This document shows, one piece after another, positions 1 to 15,000 of a stretch of DNA of 64,000 nucleotides. Source of the DNA: Octopus vulgaris. Lineage: Eukaryota. Every line of letters begins with the position of its first letter. Within the stretch, counting starts at the first letter, position 1. The notes under the pieces were generated by a model. The model saw only the letters and a program-made list of their open reading frames with translations. It searched no databases and had not been told where the DNA came from. Position numbers and translations under genes: made by a program. The stretch covers positions 92,380,001-92,444,000 of the forward strand of contig OX597824.1 of NCBI GenBank assembly GCA_951406725.2. The letters run 5' to 3'.

Positions 1-39
1 GAGAAGGTGTCTAGTCGAAAACACCTACCTGAATGCTTA

Positions 40-208
40 ACTGGTACATGATCTTCCGCCTCCGATAGGATGTAAAGAAAACGCAACCCGGTAATATAAA
101 AAGGCACAGTCGACCCTGGTGCCATGTCACCACAGAACGTAAAATCTAAAGAAATGCTGGTAAGCATTTTGTCTGGTACTGTAACGATTCTGCTAGCTCA
201 GCGCCTTA
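40..208 (-). mobile_element. Degenerate tRNA-derived SINE (family A)
   Basis: Reverse complement matches the family A head (AAGGCGCTGAGCTAGCAGAATCGTTAC...ATGCTTAC) and GTCGAC core seen intact at 9241. Confidence 0.55.
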
Positions 209-989
209 CTACAGAAGCAATAACATTTAACCACCGAATCCAAAAAGATATGGAAAAACTTATAAAAACCTCCCCCACTGTGAAGTTACGTGTGGTAAAT
301 ATTCAAAGAGATTAAATTAGATTAATGTAATCCTATATCGGTCGATTGGTAGAATCGCTAGAGTGTCTGTGAAGAGACTTGCAATTTGCTTTCGGTGGAG
401 CCCTGCAGTAATTGTTCTGAGTTCGAATCCTGCCAGGGTTTGTTTTGTATTTCATCATTTAGGGGACATTTAGTAAGGTATGAGTCAAGAACTGGAATCG
501 GCTGATATGCACTTTGCGATATGGAAAGATGGCTCATCTGGAAAAGCAGCTTCGACCCCGCTACATGTCTGAGTTCAAGAACTGAAATTTTCGGATCATG
601 CCCAAATGTGGCTAAATATTTGTTACGTTGTTGATCCCTCCCCCACCGAGATTACAGATAGGACTTGCTTTCTGTATTTTATCCACGCACAAGCTTTTTA
701 TCTCCTTATATCTTTTACTTATATTTCTTATATATATTTATATATTTTTTTATACATATATTCTTTACATATTTATAGAGATATTGTTTTATAGGTTTAT
801 TGCTTCTATATTTTTTAAACATATTTTTTTCTGTATTTTACCTTCCACATGCGTTTTCCCTGGATTACTCTTATTGCTTATTTTTTAATACTTCTTTACA
901 CCTGTATTGTTGCCCTTAGCCCTGTTTTTCTCGTGCTTGTGCGTTTATAAACGTGTGTATGACCCATTTTTTGCGCGTGTGTGTGGGAT

Positions 990-1020
<31 letters not shown>

Positions 1021-1035
<15 letters not shown>

Positions 1036-1412
1036 TCAAGTTGTGCGTATGTCTCCTACGATTTAGATTCCTAACTACTCCCACATTTTGCGGTGCAGTT
1101 TAACCAAAACCGGGTATCTTATAGTCGTGATTCATATCGAGCCCTTCTGGGTATTAGCGCGCGTCTACGATGAGTCTACGATTTTAAAAAAATTACCATC
1201 ATTTTTTTTCCATTTTAATGCATTTTTTCGCTATTATATAAGGGAAGTAACTCTCTAAAAATGTTTACGATGAGTCAACGATTTAAAAAAAATTTACCAT
1301 CCTTTTTTTCCCATTTTAATGCATTTTTTTGCTATCTTTTGGCTATAACTCTAAAAATGCTTATATAGTTATTTCCCTTACAAACCCGAGCAACGCTGGG
1401 CGATACTGCTAG
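1021..1412 (+). mobile_element. Non-autonomous Helitron
   Basis: 3' end CCCGAGCAACGCTGGG hairpin, then 8 nt, then CTAG|T at 1409-1413. The 5' end TATATATAAAAGTCAAG is buried in (TA)n. Internal ~100-bp tandem duplication at 1162-1335. The 3' ~100 bp is shared with 23430-23808. Confidence 0.75.
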
Positions 1413-1804
1413 TATATATATATATTTGGCGAATAGTGTGGGTGAGAATGAGTATGTTTCATGTGAGGGTGGATGAGTGTATACTTATAGGCGCATGCAC
1501 GTGTGTGTGCGGGTACGCATATGTAGGTATAGACATGCGCGCTTACGTGAATACTCTCATTTAGCGGTCATTCAAATAGCGTGGAGATGGCGGCGTGGAT
1601 TTCCACCTCGACATCCGAAACTCGGGGTTTTATCGGGGTTTTATCCTTGCTATCCTCTATTTACATAATATCGAGGTCTCTTTCATTCTTTTGTTGTCTT
1701 ACCAAACAATAAGATATAAATATATAACTTCAATAGACACACATATAAGTACATAAACATAGGATTAAATGCACATACACATATACACTCACACACAGAC
1801 ACAT

Positions 1805-1960
1805 CTTTTTCCACTCTGGGCACAAGGTCCGAAATTTTTGGGGGAGGGTCCAGTTTATCATTTCGGCTTCGGCGGAATTTGAACTCAGAACGTGAAAACA
1901 GACGAAATGCTGCTAAGCATTTCATCTGGCGTGCTAACGTTTCTGCCAGTTCGCCGCCTT
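1805..1960 (-). mobile_element. SINE family A, internally deleted
   Basis: Head GGCGGCGAACTGGCAGAAACGTTAGC, B-box GAGTTCAAATTCC and tail CCTTGTGCCCAGAGTGGAAAAAG. Flanked by a ~14-bp TSD ACAC(A/G)CAGACACAT. Confidence 0.75.
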
Positions 1961-2206
1961 ACACACGCAGACACATTTACACTCATACATACCTAAATGC
2001 TCACGTAGGTACATGCATACATGCATATATGCATTCATTCATGCATATATATACATACGTACATACATGTATACTTACATGCATATACGCCTATATGCAT
2101 GCATACGCATGTACACATATACATACCTACATACACATACGCACACATACATGCATACATACATGCATACATACAGATATACATGCATACTTTTCTTTTT
2201 TTCTTT

Positions 2207-2495
2207 CCCCCCTTCGGTCATGAATGACCATGGGATTGCACCTAGAAAGTTACCCTCCTAGACACAAGTCCGGGCAAGGTTGTTTATGGAAGACCAGCAG
2301 TCGCCCATGCATACCAGCCTCCCCTCTCCACGCCACCAGTGTTATCCAAGGGAAAGACAAAGGTCGATACAGCTTGGCACCAGTGACGTCGCAACTCATT
2401 TCTACAGCTGAGTGAACTGGAGCAACGTGAAATAAAGTGCCTTGCTCAAGAACACAACACGCAGCCCGGTCCAGGATTCGAGCTCACAACCTCAC
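2207..2495 (-). mobile_element. tRNA-derived SINE family B, 5'-truncated
   Basis: Nearly identical to 2562-2895 but lacks the A-box part of the head. Confidence 0.85.
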
Positions 2496-2561
2496 ATATA
2501 TATATTACGGAGATGTACTCGCATAGCAAGTAATTTGATCTGAGATCGTATATATATATAT

Positions 2562-2895
2562 AAAGGGTAAAGACCCCCTTCGGTCATGAATGACCATGGG
2601 ATTGCACCAAGAAAGTTACCCTCCTAGACACAAGTCCGGGCAAGGTTGTTTATGGAAGGCCAGCAGTCGCCCATGCATACCAGCCTCCCCTCTCCACGCC
2701 ACCACTGTTATCCAAGGGAAAGACAAAGGTCGATACAGCTTGGCACCTGTGACGTCGCAACTCATTTCTGCAGCTGAGTGAACTGGAGCAACGTGAAATA
2801 AAGTGCCTTGCTCGAGAACACAACACGCAGCCCGGTCCGGGATTCGAGCTCACAACCTCACGATCGTAAGCTCGACGCTCTAACGACTGAGCCAT
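2562..2895 (-). mobile_element. tRNA-derived SINE family B, near full length
   Basis: Minus strand reads ATGGCTCAGTCGTTAGAGCG (A-box), GCTCGAATCCC (B-box), CORE-like CTCGAGCAAGGCACTTTATTTCAC, and tail ...CCGAAGGGGGTCTTTACCCTTT. Confidence 0.85.
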
Positions 2896-2983
2896 ATACA
2901 TACATATATACATACATACATACATACATACACACACATACTTACGTACATGCCTGCATACATACATACATACATATACACAA

Positions 2984-3039
<56 letters not shown>

Positions 3040-3196
3040 TGAAAGAACAGTTACTTTCTCAGATGCAGCACAAAGTTCTGTCAGTGAATGGGTCGTGGTA
3101 TCAAATAAACAAAAAGATTTTGACATAAATTGAATTTCAATGGTGAAATCTAGCGGTTTTCTGCGTGTTTTTAAATGTCCAAACATCTTCCACCCT

Positions 3197-3311
3197 GAGT
3201 GGTTGTGTAGTAAGTAGATTGCTTACCAACCACGTGCTTCCGGGTTCAGTCCCACTGTGTGGTACATTGGGCAACTGTCTTCTACTATAGCCTCGGGACC
3301 GACCACAGCCT

Positions 3312-3349
<38 letters not shown>

Positions 3350-3453
3350 TGGACTTGCTAGACGGAAAACTAAAAAAATAAGCCAAAATTTCTTGTCAGT
3401 ATATATGTATATATATATATATATAATATATATATGTGTGTGTGTGTGTGTGC

Positions 3454-3523
<70 letters not shown>

Positions 3524-3730
3524 GGGGTATTTGTGTTTGTCTGTGTTTGTCGTACACCATCGCTTGAATACAGACGCTCGTGTGTTTACATCCCCATAAC
3601 TTAGCGATTCGGCAAAATAAAGCGAAAGAATGAGTACTAGTCTTACAAAGAATAAGTCCTGGTGTCGCTTCGTTCGACTAAAAGTGGTGCTCTAGCATGG
3701 CCGCAGTCAAATGACTGAAACACGTAAAAG
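3197..3730 (+). mobile_element. tRNA/CORE-type SINE family D with internal (TA)/(TG) microsatellites
   Basis: Head GTGGTTGTGTAGTAAG...GGGTTCAGTCCC, CORE-like TTGGGCAACTGTCTTCT, and tail GCATGGCCGCAGTCAAATGACTGAAAC. Repeated many times in the window. Confidence 0.8.
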
Positions 3731-3831
3731 CATAATATATATATGTGTGTGCGTGTGTGAGTGTGCGTGTTTCTGGGTGTGTATGTATATACACATATAT
3801 ATATATATGTATATAAATATAATATATATGT

Positions 3832-3870
<39 letters not shown>

Positions 3871-3888
3871 TATACATATAATATATAG

Positions 3889-3929
<41 letters not shown>

Positions 3930-4354
3930 TATATGCATATGTAAACATGTACACACAAATATATTATATATATATACATACATATATATATATATATATA
4001 TATGTGTGTATGTATATATATATATATACATATTTATATACACACACATGTATACATATATATATATACGTGTGTGTGTGTGTGTGTGTGAAAGGGGTGT
4101 ATTATTTGCTTTCAGGTCAAGTTAGATGTAAAAAAAAATACTGAATTACCATTGAATCAATAAGTTTTAGTAGACTTTCATATTAATTTTCTCATCAGAA
4201 TGGTTGACAGTAAATAAACCAAAAGTTCGAAGTTACTCTCAACCTCTTCTTTGAAAACCTATTCCTATAACTATGTACATATATACCTATACATACATAG
4301 AAATATACATATTCATGTATGCGTGTGTTCATGCATGTGTACGCAAAGAAACAG

Positions 4355-4432
<78 letters not shown>

Positions 4433-5075
4433 CATACATACTTACACACACATATATAGTTAGATATTATTGTCTTTTCTTTTGACCAAACATCGTTTTC
4501 AATTTCTCATTTCCAACCTCCATATCATTCCCAATTTAAACTATTTGAGTTTCTCTCGGTGCCTTCTCCATTTCTTCCACATAATCTCTCACTTCTTCTC
4601 TCTCACTCTCTCTCTCTGTCTCTCTCTTTCTGTATGTTTATCCGTCTCTCTCTTCTCTCTATCTCTTTATCTCTCTCACCTATTCACTCTTTCACCTTTT
4701 CTCACGCTCTGACTCGATCTTTAGACAAGTATCGAACGAAACTTTATAGCATTAAATTGTTTGGTTCTAAATTCTCTCTCTATTTTTTTATGCACATTTA
4801 TTTGTGTTCTTTTTTTAATATTTTCTCTTTTTCTACATTTCTTCATAATCTCATTTTCTTCTCGCGAAAACTGAAGAATTATATTTATGTTTTTCTTTTT
4901 GTAATGCGTGGTGTTGGCGTTGGCGTTAGTAACAGTAAAAAAACTCAACTCCTGATGCCAAACGCTACATTCATTTATACATACATATAAACATATATGA
5001 CTATTTATGTACACACACACATATATATGTGTGTATATATATATATATACACATATATATATGTATATGTGTATG

Positions 5076-5122
<47 letters not shown>

Positions 5123-5173
5123 GCGCATATTTATATATCTATATATACACGCATAGATGCACACATACAAACA

Positions 5174-5224
<51 letters not shown>

Positions 5225-5718
5225 ATATATATATTATTACATATATCTATAACCATATATATTTATATATATAATTGTATGTATCTGTATATATATATAC
5301 ATAAATGCATAAACATGTGTGTGTGTGTGTATGTGTGTGTATGTGTGTGTGTGTGTATGTATGTGTGTATACTTATATAATTGACTGCATTTTCGTATGT
5401 ATTTGTGCCTGTTTCTGTGTTTTCATTGCGCAGGTATATCAATGTGAGAAGCAATACTGTTCATACACATATACTCATGTTTGAAAACTTATGCATATTA
5501 GCTATAGATTACGTTACATATACGTATATATACATATATATATAGATATAGATATATAGATAGAGAGATAGAGAGATAGATGCAGTATATATCGCATATG
5601 TTGGTGACAGTGTGTTTTACTTTTTATTACTGTTCCTGGATACAAAATGTATTAAACTCCTAAATATTTCAACCAGACCTGTATACAAAATTGTGATATT
5701 AAAATTTTTACCACTCAG

Positions 5719-5811
<93 letters not shown>

Positions 5812-5948
5812 ATCAACCAACGTATATGTCTATCTGACCGGCCATCAACCTCGCTCAATCACTCAGTCTCTTCGTCTCTCGCTCTCTCTCTCTCTTTCTC
5901 TTTCTCTTTCTCACTATCTGTGTCTGTATAAATATATATACATATATA

Positions 5949-5981
<33 letters not shown>

Positions 5982-8103
5982 GTATGCATAAATACACGCA
6001 CTGATATACATACACACATATATATATATATTAATATTTATATATATTATTACATTATTAATATATATATAAACACAAGTTATGTATATGTTCGTGTATA
6101 TATATATATATGTGCGTGTGTGTGTGTGTGTGTGTGCGTGTATATATATATATATACACACACATATATCTATGTGTGTGTGTGTGTGTATGTGTGTGTG
6201 CAAATAGAAACAAGAAATGTATTTATATTTATGTATATAATCTCTCTGCATCTTTCTCTTTATTCATATATATGTAGATAGAAGAAAAGTCACACACAAC
6301 CGTACCCCACTCACATATAAACAGTGAGAAATTGAGAATGACCTGCGTATATATGTAACTAAGTATATACTGGCGAATATATATTATTTTATAACTGCGT
6401 ATCTTATTGCCAACATATTATTTCCTTGCCATTCCGTCCGTAATTGTATTTGTCTGTATCTGGAAGCATATTTCTTCGCTAAGTTTACTCTCAACCGTCT
6501 CCTGTGTAAAGAGAAATATTTTGTAATATTAAACAAAATGATGAATGATACTAAATGCCACGCTACCGACAGCAAAAGCAACAGACCAACTTTCACAATC
6601 ACTTCCAGTAACTACTCCACCAGCCATCACTTCGCAAGTTCTTCAACAGCATCACACCGAAGATACAATATTGCCCATTCAATATTTTAAGATTGCCATT
6701 ACTCTGCAAGGCAATGGTGGGAAATGGATTCATGCAGTTTCCTCTCGTTGGTGATGATGATATGGTTTCTGTTCGTCTGCAAGTCGGCTCTAATCGAATT
6801 GGCCAAATGTCAAATAGATCCATCTATGACCATCATTTCTTTGGGGTTTTTTTATAGTGTATCAAGAAGTACATTATTCTATGCGTTAGTTCCTTCCTCC
6901 GGCAATCTGTATTTGTTTGTTTTTGAAGAAATGGGGAGTTATGCCTCTCTTTCACACAATTATTCATAACGACTGGGCCGAGGTTAACTCATAGTTTGAC
7001 TTCTTAGAAATAGCAGCTACATCTATTCGAAATCACATACTATCATCTGTAAAGAGAAATGACCAGGAAAGAATCGGTTATTTAGAATGCTATAAACTCT
7101 ACCCAGAAATACATTTGATCTTGAGATTATTTGTGCAGAAACAACCGCCAAATCAACAGCAACAACAACAACAACAACATCGGGAAGAACTATAAGAGAA
7201 ACAAAAACAACACCAGAAATAGCAGAACAACAACAACAACAAAAGCAACAACAGCACCCTGTGTTATTTCCCCATCAAAACTGCTCAAATTAGAATTCCA
7301 TTTTTACATTCCTCATCGCAGCAAATTCTTCTAAATTATCCACCAATATACCAACAGTAAATACCAATTATCAATGTCAGACTAACGTGAACTCAGCAAT
7401 TATTGAACCTCGTCGCCAGTATAACCTAGACTTACACCAACACCAACGTTACCACCATTAACGCGGCCAGAACTATAAACGCTAACTACCCCACCATTAG
7501 TGTCAATAATTTGAGAAAATTTAGTTTGAATGCAATCGATATTATTTTTGATACATTTTTAAAGTCTATTAAAGAAGAAATATTTTTATACAAAACTATA
7601 TTTCTCTATTGATCAAGTTATAATATATGGCCGATTTTTTCTCTAATCATTTCAAATGAAGGTGTGTGAGGATAAGAATTTTATCAAGTTATTTGTAAAC
7701 TTTACTGATGTTTTTCAGCACAGATCAGTATTAATCGAGCAGTGTTCAAATTCCTTCCATTGGTTTTCATCCCATGATAAGGGCAGATGAGGATTTTTAT
7801 TCTCCAAGTAAATTACTCGGTTTATCCAGGTGCACTCGTGTCATTATCCGTACGAACAAGTACTTTCTCAGTTAATTTAGTGCCCCAGATTATGTCGATT
7901 AAAGTTTGTGCCCCGATTTCGTGCCCATCCCTGAGTTTGCCTTCGATTGTGCTCCAACTCTATGTTCCCCGATCGTATTGACTAAAAGTACATAGCGCTT
8001 GGAGATGTTACACTGTGAAGGTTGAACAAGTCCGGTGAAATGAAAGCAGTTCTCTTGGTAGCTACCCAAGTGAGGATCTTTCTCACTTTTACAACAAAAT
8101 CTC

Positions 8104-8318
8104 TTACACCCATTTCAACTTCAGGCACAAAATCGACAATTTTCAGGGAGAAGTTAAGTCGATTGTCTCGAACCCAGCGCTCAACTTGTTCTTCGTTTAT
8201 AAACCCAAAAGGGCATAAATCGATCATGGTGGAATTTGAACTCAGAATGTAAAACACGGACGAATTTCCGGTAGGTATCTGAGCCGGTTTTCTCACCATT
8301 CTGCCGGATCACCGCTTT
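8104..8318 (-). mobile_element. Degenerate SINE family A
   Basis: Contains GGAATTTGAACTCAGAATGTAA with recognisable head and tail remnants. Confidence 0.6.
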
Positions 8319-9240
8319 CACATCCTCTTTTTTAATATTGATGTCCTGACCTTAACGGGTAGACCTCATCTCTCTTGTCTTTTGTTATCTTCTTTACTTT
8401 TCAGACGGGGCTGTATATTGAGATAGGTTTTCACCAGCGATTTCACTAACATTCCCGCATTTCATTCGTTAATATCATTGCCAGTGTGATTGCTGAGACA
8501 CAGGTTGTTATTTCTACATCTCCATTCTATTAATACCTACAAGGTCGAATTTCTATCGAATATTCATGTCTCCTTCCTCCTGCTTGTTGTTTATTGAATG
8601 TCTGTGCTCACCATTCAATCCATCCTTTCGCATTGTGGCCTTTTTCTTCTTAGAATTGTGTTTTTTTTTCTTTCTTTATATTTGTAGCTATTTCCTTTAA
8701 CTGTCTGTATTATGGAACTATTTCCATTCTTCTTGATAGATATAATCGAAATTCTATTAAATCTTGTGTCGATCGATTTAAGGATTTTGGAGCACCTGCT
8801 AGATAGATTTTCTTTCCCAGTTCTTTGGTTACCTCAAACAATCTAAGAGGTTGCTTCTGGCCTGTCTTATTAGTTGTATGTTGGAAATTTCCTGGCAGTG
8901 ACTTTATTCTTAAACAAAATTACAAAATACAAAACCACAAAAATACAATAGAAAATCTATAGCTGCAGAGGCAGTAGTGATAGCTTCTCATTCACCGAGT
9001 CAAGGGCAGAATAAAACAAGGGAATCTGCCTCAAATCAAACGCTCATTCCTTCAACTAGAGCCAATTCGTTCATGGATACGAGGGCTCTCGAGGTGAAGC
9101 AAACTGAGGTTAGAACACACGAATGTTACTGCACGCTAATTATTTCACGTGAAAGTAGCTCCAAAGTCATGGAATAATCTCGGGAAATCTCTTGACATCA
9201 AGGAAACACCGAGATAGTTATAATAATTTACAAGAAATAA

Positions 9241-9468
9241 GGCGGCGAGCTGGCAGAATCGTTAGCACGCCAGGCGAAATGCTTAGCGGTATTTCGTCTG
9301 CCGTTACGGTCTGAGTTCAAATTACGCCGAGGTCGACTATGTCATTCATTTTTTCGGGGTCGATAAATAAGGTGCCAGTTGCACACTGGGGTCGATGTAA
9401 TCGACTTAATCCGTTTGTCTGTACTTGTTTGTCCCCTCTGTTTAGACACTTACGGGTAATAAAGAAGC
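9241..9468 (+). mobile_element. SINE family A, full-length monomer with 20-bp TSD
   Basis: GGCGGCGAGCTGGCAGAATCGTTAGC head and GAGTTCAAATT B-box. Perfect TSD ATAATAATTTACAAGAAATA at 9220-9239 and 9469-9488. Confidence 0.92.
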
Positions 9469-10035
9469 ATAATAATTTACAAGAAATATTAGGTTATTTA
9501 TAGAGCAAAAGCTTCGATTCTTTTCCCTAGACAGAGTGGTAATGATAAACATATTCCTGACAAAATGTGTTATAGTATTAAACTTTGTAACTGATAAATT
9601 CTGCATTCATCGTTATAATATTTTACTGTTTGTTTTTTTAATACAAGAAGCTATATACCTACTGGGCCATGTTCTTATATTTCATCAAAAACAACTTGTA
9701 AACATCTTCACAAACAATGTATTGCACTGGGATAAATATCGATTTACTACCGTGTGTGTGTGTTTGTGTGTGTGTGTTTGAGTGTGTGCGTAAGTGTGTG
9801 AGCATGCGTGTGTGTGTGTGTATCCGACGAAGAAATCATATGCTGAATGACTCCAGAGGTGTAAGCTTGGGCTGTAAAATATTAAACAAGAATGACTATA
9901 GTTAGATATATGTCATATCAATCGGGTGAACCTGTTTTTCCTTCGCTAAATTTTCTCCTGGGATATCAGTGCATAAGCCCGATACCTCCATTTGGAATCA
10001 CACTGATACATTATACTTACACGCATATGTATATT

Positions 10036-10067
<32 letters not shown>

Positions 10068-10081
10068 TGTATGTATGTATG

Positions 10082-10441
10082 TATAAAAAAGGAATGCAAA
10101 AAATGGGACAAGAGAAAACAGGGGACAACAAGACATCCAGACAATCAGATTATATAAAAAGGAACAAGAAAAATAAGGATGGGTCAGTCAGAGCTTTCTT
10201 TCGACAGTCGGGTTCCAGATTATCTAGTGTTCTTAGCTTGGATTTTCCTTGCGGTTGGTCAGATTGGAGCAGTTTCGAGTATAACCGGCCGAAACTGCAA
10301 AGATAAACTGGAACACGACTGACGAAAGAAAACTCCGAATGAGCCGTCCTTATTTTTCCTGTCCCTTTTTGTGTAATCTGTCTGGATGTCTGGTTGTCGC
10401 CTGTTTCGTTCTTGACCCAGATTTTGTATTCTTTTTTTATA
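10082..10441. repeat. Foldback element with ~140-bp imperfect inverted arms
   Basis: 10082-10225 is the reverse complement of 10301-10441. The spacer contains hairpin GCAGTTTCG...CGAAACTGC. Flanked by TA-type microsatellite. Confidence 0.8.
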
Positions 10442-10474
10442 TACATATAGTGGGGTATGTACACTTTAGTCTCT

Positions 10475-10506
<32 letters not shown>

Positions 10507-10972
10507 GCTGTGATATCTCAAGAAGAGATCAGAGTAAGTAATTATCCTAAAAAGTAAAGTTAGTCCCTACTTGCTAAATGCAAATCAGTGACCGATGGTC
10601 ACTTGTTTATAGTATATTGCGGGCTGGAGCGGACATTGGCTATGGCTCAACCGGCCAGGTGCTCACGACTGAAGGATGAGCCAGCCTGCTCGAGGCTGAG
10701 TCGGTGTTGCGATCTTGTTGCGATCTTGTTGCCTGCTAGAAGATGGTAGGGGTTCACTCACACTGCTACGAGTATACAGGATGCAGCACTGCACCGATAA
10801 CCAGCTGGCGAAAGATATGCCTTGGGTTAAACAAGAAGTAACGCAAAACTGCCACATTGTGGTGGTGATTAACTCTACTTGTTAGTATAGTTACTACTCT
10901 GTTCTCATTTAGAGATTTCACACCTAACTCTTTTGATTATATATATATATAAAGAGAGATGGATAGATGTGT

Positions 10973-11045
<73 letters not shown>

Positions 11046-11053
11046 TGTGTGTG

Positions 11054-11093
<40 letters not shown>

Positions 11094-11113
11094 TGTGTGT
11101 GTGTATGTGTGTC

Positions 11114-11161
<48 letters not shown>

Positions 11162-12235
11162 AACATGGAGGTCCATGACTCAGCTCAACACCCATTAGGA
11201 TTACCTAATTATTCTTGCGTGCTCATGTCCATATATATTACAGCAAATGAATGAAGAATTAATATTATCCAATCATTATTAACTTTCTCGATGATAATTA
11301 TTGTAATTTCGAGTGAAATAAATTGGTTACAAAAGTTAATGCCAAACTTACCAGGATTGTCTCTCGAAGATTCTATTCGATTGGATATAACTCTCATCAT
11401 CCAAATCTAAATTCTGAAATGTTGCGAAATACAATAATATATGAAGTTCAGGATTTCGTTCCTTATATACAAAACGCATGTAAAATATAAAATTCTGTAG
11501 AATATACGGAAGAAATTTTACTACAAATAAACATCACTGTAACTATATCCAATCTACTAAAAATCTTAGTTCATTTTTAAGTGGGATTTTTTTTGTTATA
11601 GTTATCTATCGTTTTTCTCTTCAACTTTTCGTTTGAGAAAAAAACAGAGCGTGTGAAACTCCTTAGGGTTTTTGAGCTTTATTGAGGAACCACTTCCACC
11701 GCATCACACTGATCTCTCGGATCTTAGCGGAGGTGAACGGCTTCATCTCATATCACAAACTTGTACCAGTTATATTGATGCACTACAGTTAGCGTATGTG
11801 TTTATAGTCAAGCAACAAGCAAATTGCATGAGATACTCGGAGTTATTTCTGTTGGCTCAAAGTTACTTAGGCCATATATGTGTTGTATGTTGTATTCATT
11901 TCATACAAATCTGAGTTCTATTGATATTGCAGATTAGGTCGGCCAATTGTCCTGCTATTGATCCAGAAACACAAACATCCAAAACGCTTCTTTTATTTCC
12001 AAACATTGAACGTATTGTTTTCCTCGAAAGCATGTCATCTTTGGAGTTATTTTATATATCTTAACTTCTTGTCTGGACTTCTCAACTGGACTACTACATT
12101 ATTTTATCGACCGATGAAAGGGAGTAAGGCAAAGCTAGCTGCGATGGATCTGAACTTAGAATGTTGAAAGCGAGACGAAAAGCCGTTGATCATTTACATT
12201 AGTTCCACTCGTTAAAAATTCTATTAACTCATGGC

Positions 12236-12352
12236 CTCAGCAGCAGCTGTATTAGTAGTAGTAGTAGTAGTAGTAGTAATAGTAGTAGTAGTAGTAGTGG
12301 TGATAGCAGCAGTAGTAGTAGCAACAACAACAGCAGCAGCAGCTGTAGTAGC

Positions 12353-12418
<66 letters not shown>

Positions 12419-12525
12419 CGTCGTCGTCGTCGTAGTAGTAGTAGTAGTAGTAGTAGTAGTCGTAGTAATAGTAGTAGTAGTAGTAGTAGTAGTAGTAGCA
12501 GCAGCAGCAACAGCAGAAGTAGTAG
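12236..12525. repeat. (TAG)n/(CAG)n trinucleotide microsatellite
   Basis: Direct reading. Confidence 0.95.
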
Positions 12526-13308
12526 TTACAGTTTCATATCACGTGGGTGCCATTCGCGAAGGCCACCTCTCGGGGAAAAAGTGAAAAGGTATGACAAGGT
12601 TTAATTGCTCACAACCCTTCAAAATATTATTGGTGTGCTTAACAAAGGGAAATACTGGAGGGTTGGCTACATTTATCTGTCCTTTTTCCTCTTCACTTTT
12701 TCATTTGAGAAAACCAGACCGTGTCTGGCTCCTTGGGGTTCTTGCTTCCACCAGACCACACTGTTCTCTCGAATCTTATCGGAGATGATATACCTCAACT
12801 CATAACAGGAGGTGTACGAGTTGTATTCATGCACCACACGTTTCATCGTTGCTAACGACACTTGGGAATAATTATGAATGGGCAATTCTCGTTCTTGGTG
12901 CTATGTCATTGCTGGATAACCCCCACATCCTGTTTTTAACTGGCTGGATCACTTGGCCATCTCTGGTGAAGGCCAACTTTGTGCAAGAATTCGGACTGGG
13001 TGTCCAGTTTGAGACTACCGTCTCACTTTCCAGGAGTCTCTTCCCTCTAAAGTGATATAGACTCTGGCATACATCAAGACTAAAAGGTAGTTGCTGAACG
13101 AGTTATTTACCAAGGAGTGTGGTCTTGTGAAAAGGATTTTACTCTCACATCCGTAACACAGCGGTTTCAATCCCGCACCTTGTGTCCACCTGGGATCTTA
13201 AATAAAACTCTCCGTCCAGCTCTAAACAAGTTCCACCATCCATGGACATGATATGTATTTCAACTTATTTAAAAATATTTTCGAATTATAACTCTAACTA
13301 GAATAGCT

Positions 13309-13372
<64 letters not shown>

Positions 13373-13616
13373 GCGTATGTGTACTCTCTATATATACATA
13401 TATATGTATATATATGTATATCTCTATCTATATATATATATACACATATAGATACAATACATACACATATATATCTATACACACACACACATCAAACATG
13501 TACATATATATATAGATATATACATATATATTCACATATACTTATACATATATATACATATACATACAAGTATGTACTTACACACACATATAAGTATATG
13601 TGAATATATATATGTA

Positions 13617-13687
<71 letters not shown>

Positions 13688-13925
13688 TAGATATAAAACC
13701 ACTATTAGGCAAATTAAACAGTGAAAAACATAAACCAAAACATAAAAATAAAAATAATTAATATAATATACAAAATATATAAAATATAAAATTAAAAAAT
13801 TTAAATTTTATTCATTTAAATTCAAAATTAAAATTATTAATTTATATTTATAAATTTTATATTTTTTATATATATATAACTATCAAAAAGTAGTTAAAAG
13901 TTTAATATAAGATAAAACGTATATA

Positions 13926-13972
<47 letters not shown>

Positions 13973-14111
13973 GTCACAATATACGGATTCACCTAATCTG
14001 CTAGCGTTTATACAAAAAAGCACCGTAGTCTATCATTCTAGAAAAGAGACGAATCTAAAATATGATACAAGATAAAGCGAATAGGCGTGTATAAAAATAA
14101 TTATGCGCTCT

Positions 14112-14190
<79 letters not shown>

Positions 14191-14920
14191 ATATATATAT
14201 ATATGTATGTATATGTATGTATTCTCGTATGTATGTATGCTTGTAGGTATATATGTATGCATGTATTTATGTATGTTTTCATGTATGTACGTATGTATGT
14301 AAGTATACATACGTTCCCGTAAGTTCGATTGCCAGGTAATTTTCCGTCTAAGGTGTGATTGTATGTGTGAGTATGTCGCCAAAATATTAACACGCAAGTA
14401 GATAAAGGCAACCAATGAAATGATAAGTGAAGTCTCTTTCGTTCAGTGGGTGTGACTTGGTTCGCGCATTATATAATCCAAACTGTCGATTAAATTATTT
14501 AATTACGTTATCCTACCCTGAGCTAATTGCAATCTGGGTCAAAGATAAAGAATTAAATTATAAAGACTTATAACTGCTAAATATAATGAAATTCAAAAAG
14601 GTGTATATCTGCTGTTTCGCAACGTATTGAATTTGAGAGAAGATTTATTGGTTGAATTTTTTAAAAATTATATTAGGATATGTTTTTCTTTGTCAACTTC
14701 CCTGCATTCATCCTACTCTCTCACATCAATTCAGATGTACTTTTCGAAGAGAAAATAAAAATATTACAGAGAATAAATATATAATAATAATAATGATAAT
14801 AATAATAACAATAATAATAATAATAATAATAATAATGATAATAATGATAAAAGATTTTTTTCTAATTTATATATATATTGTATATATGTGTATATATGTG
14901 TGTGGGTGTGTGGGTGTGTG

Positions 14921-14991
<71 letters not shown>

Positions 14992-15000
14992 ATGTATGTA

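Noticed and set aside
2830-2895. tRNA gene candidates (also 39114-39180, 46921-46958, 54895-54965)
   Set aside because: A/B boxes are present, but I see no complete cloverleaf and most continue into SINE bodies, so they are SINE heads.
4165-4205. CTGATGA...GAAAGTC on the minus strand
   Set aside because: No pairing for stems I or II, so likely chance in AT-rich DNA.
10315-10350. CTGACGA...GAAT...GTC as a hammerhead
   Set aside because: No stem II pairing, GAAA absent, and stem I unsupported.
12560-13250. Possible very old RTE-like LINE remnant on the minus strand
   Set aside because: Only a vague peptide resemblance, with no motif I can support.
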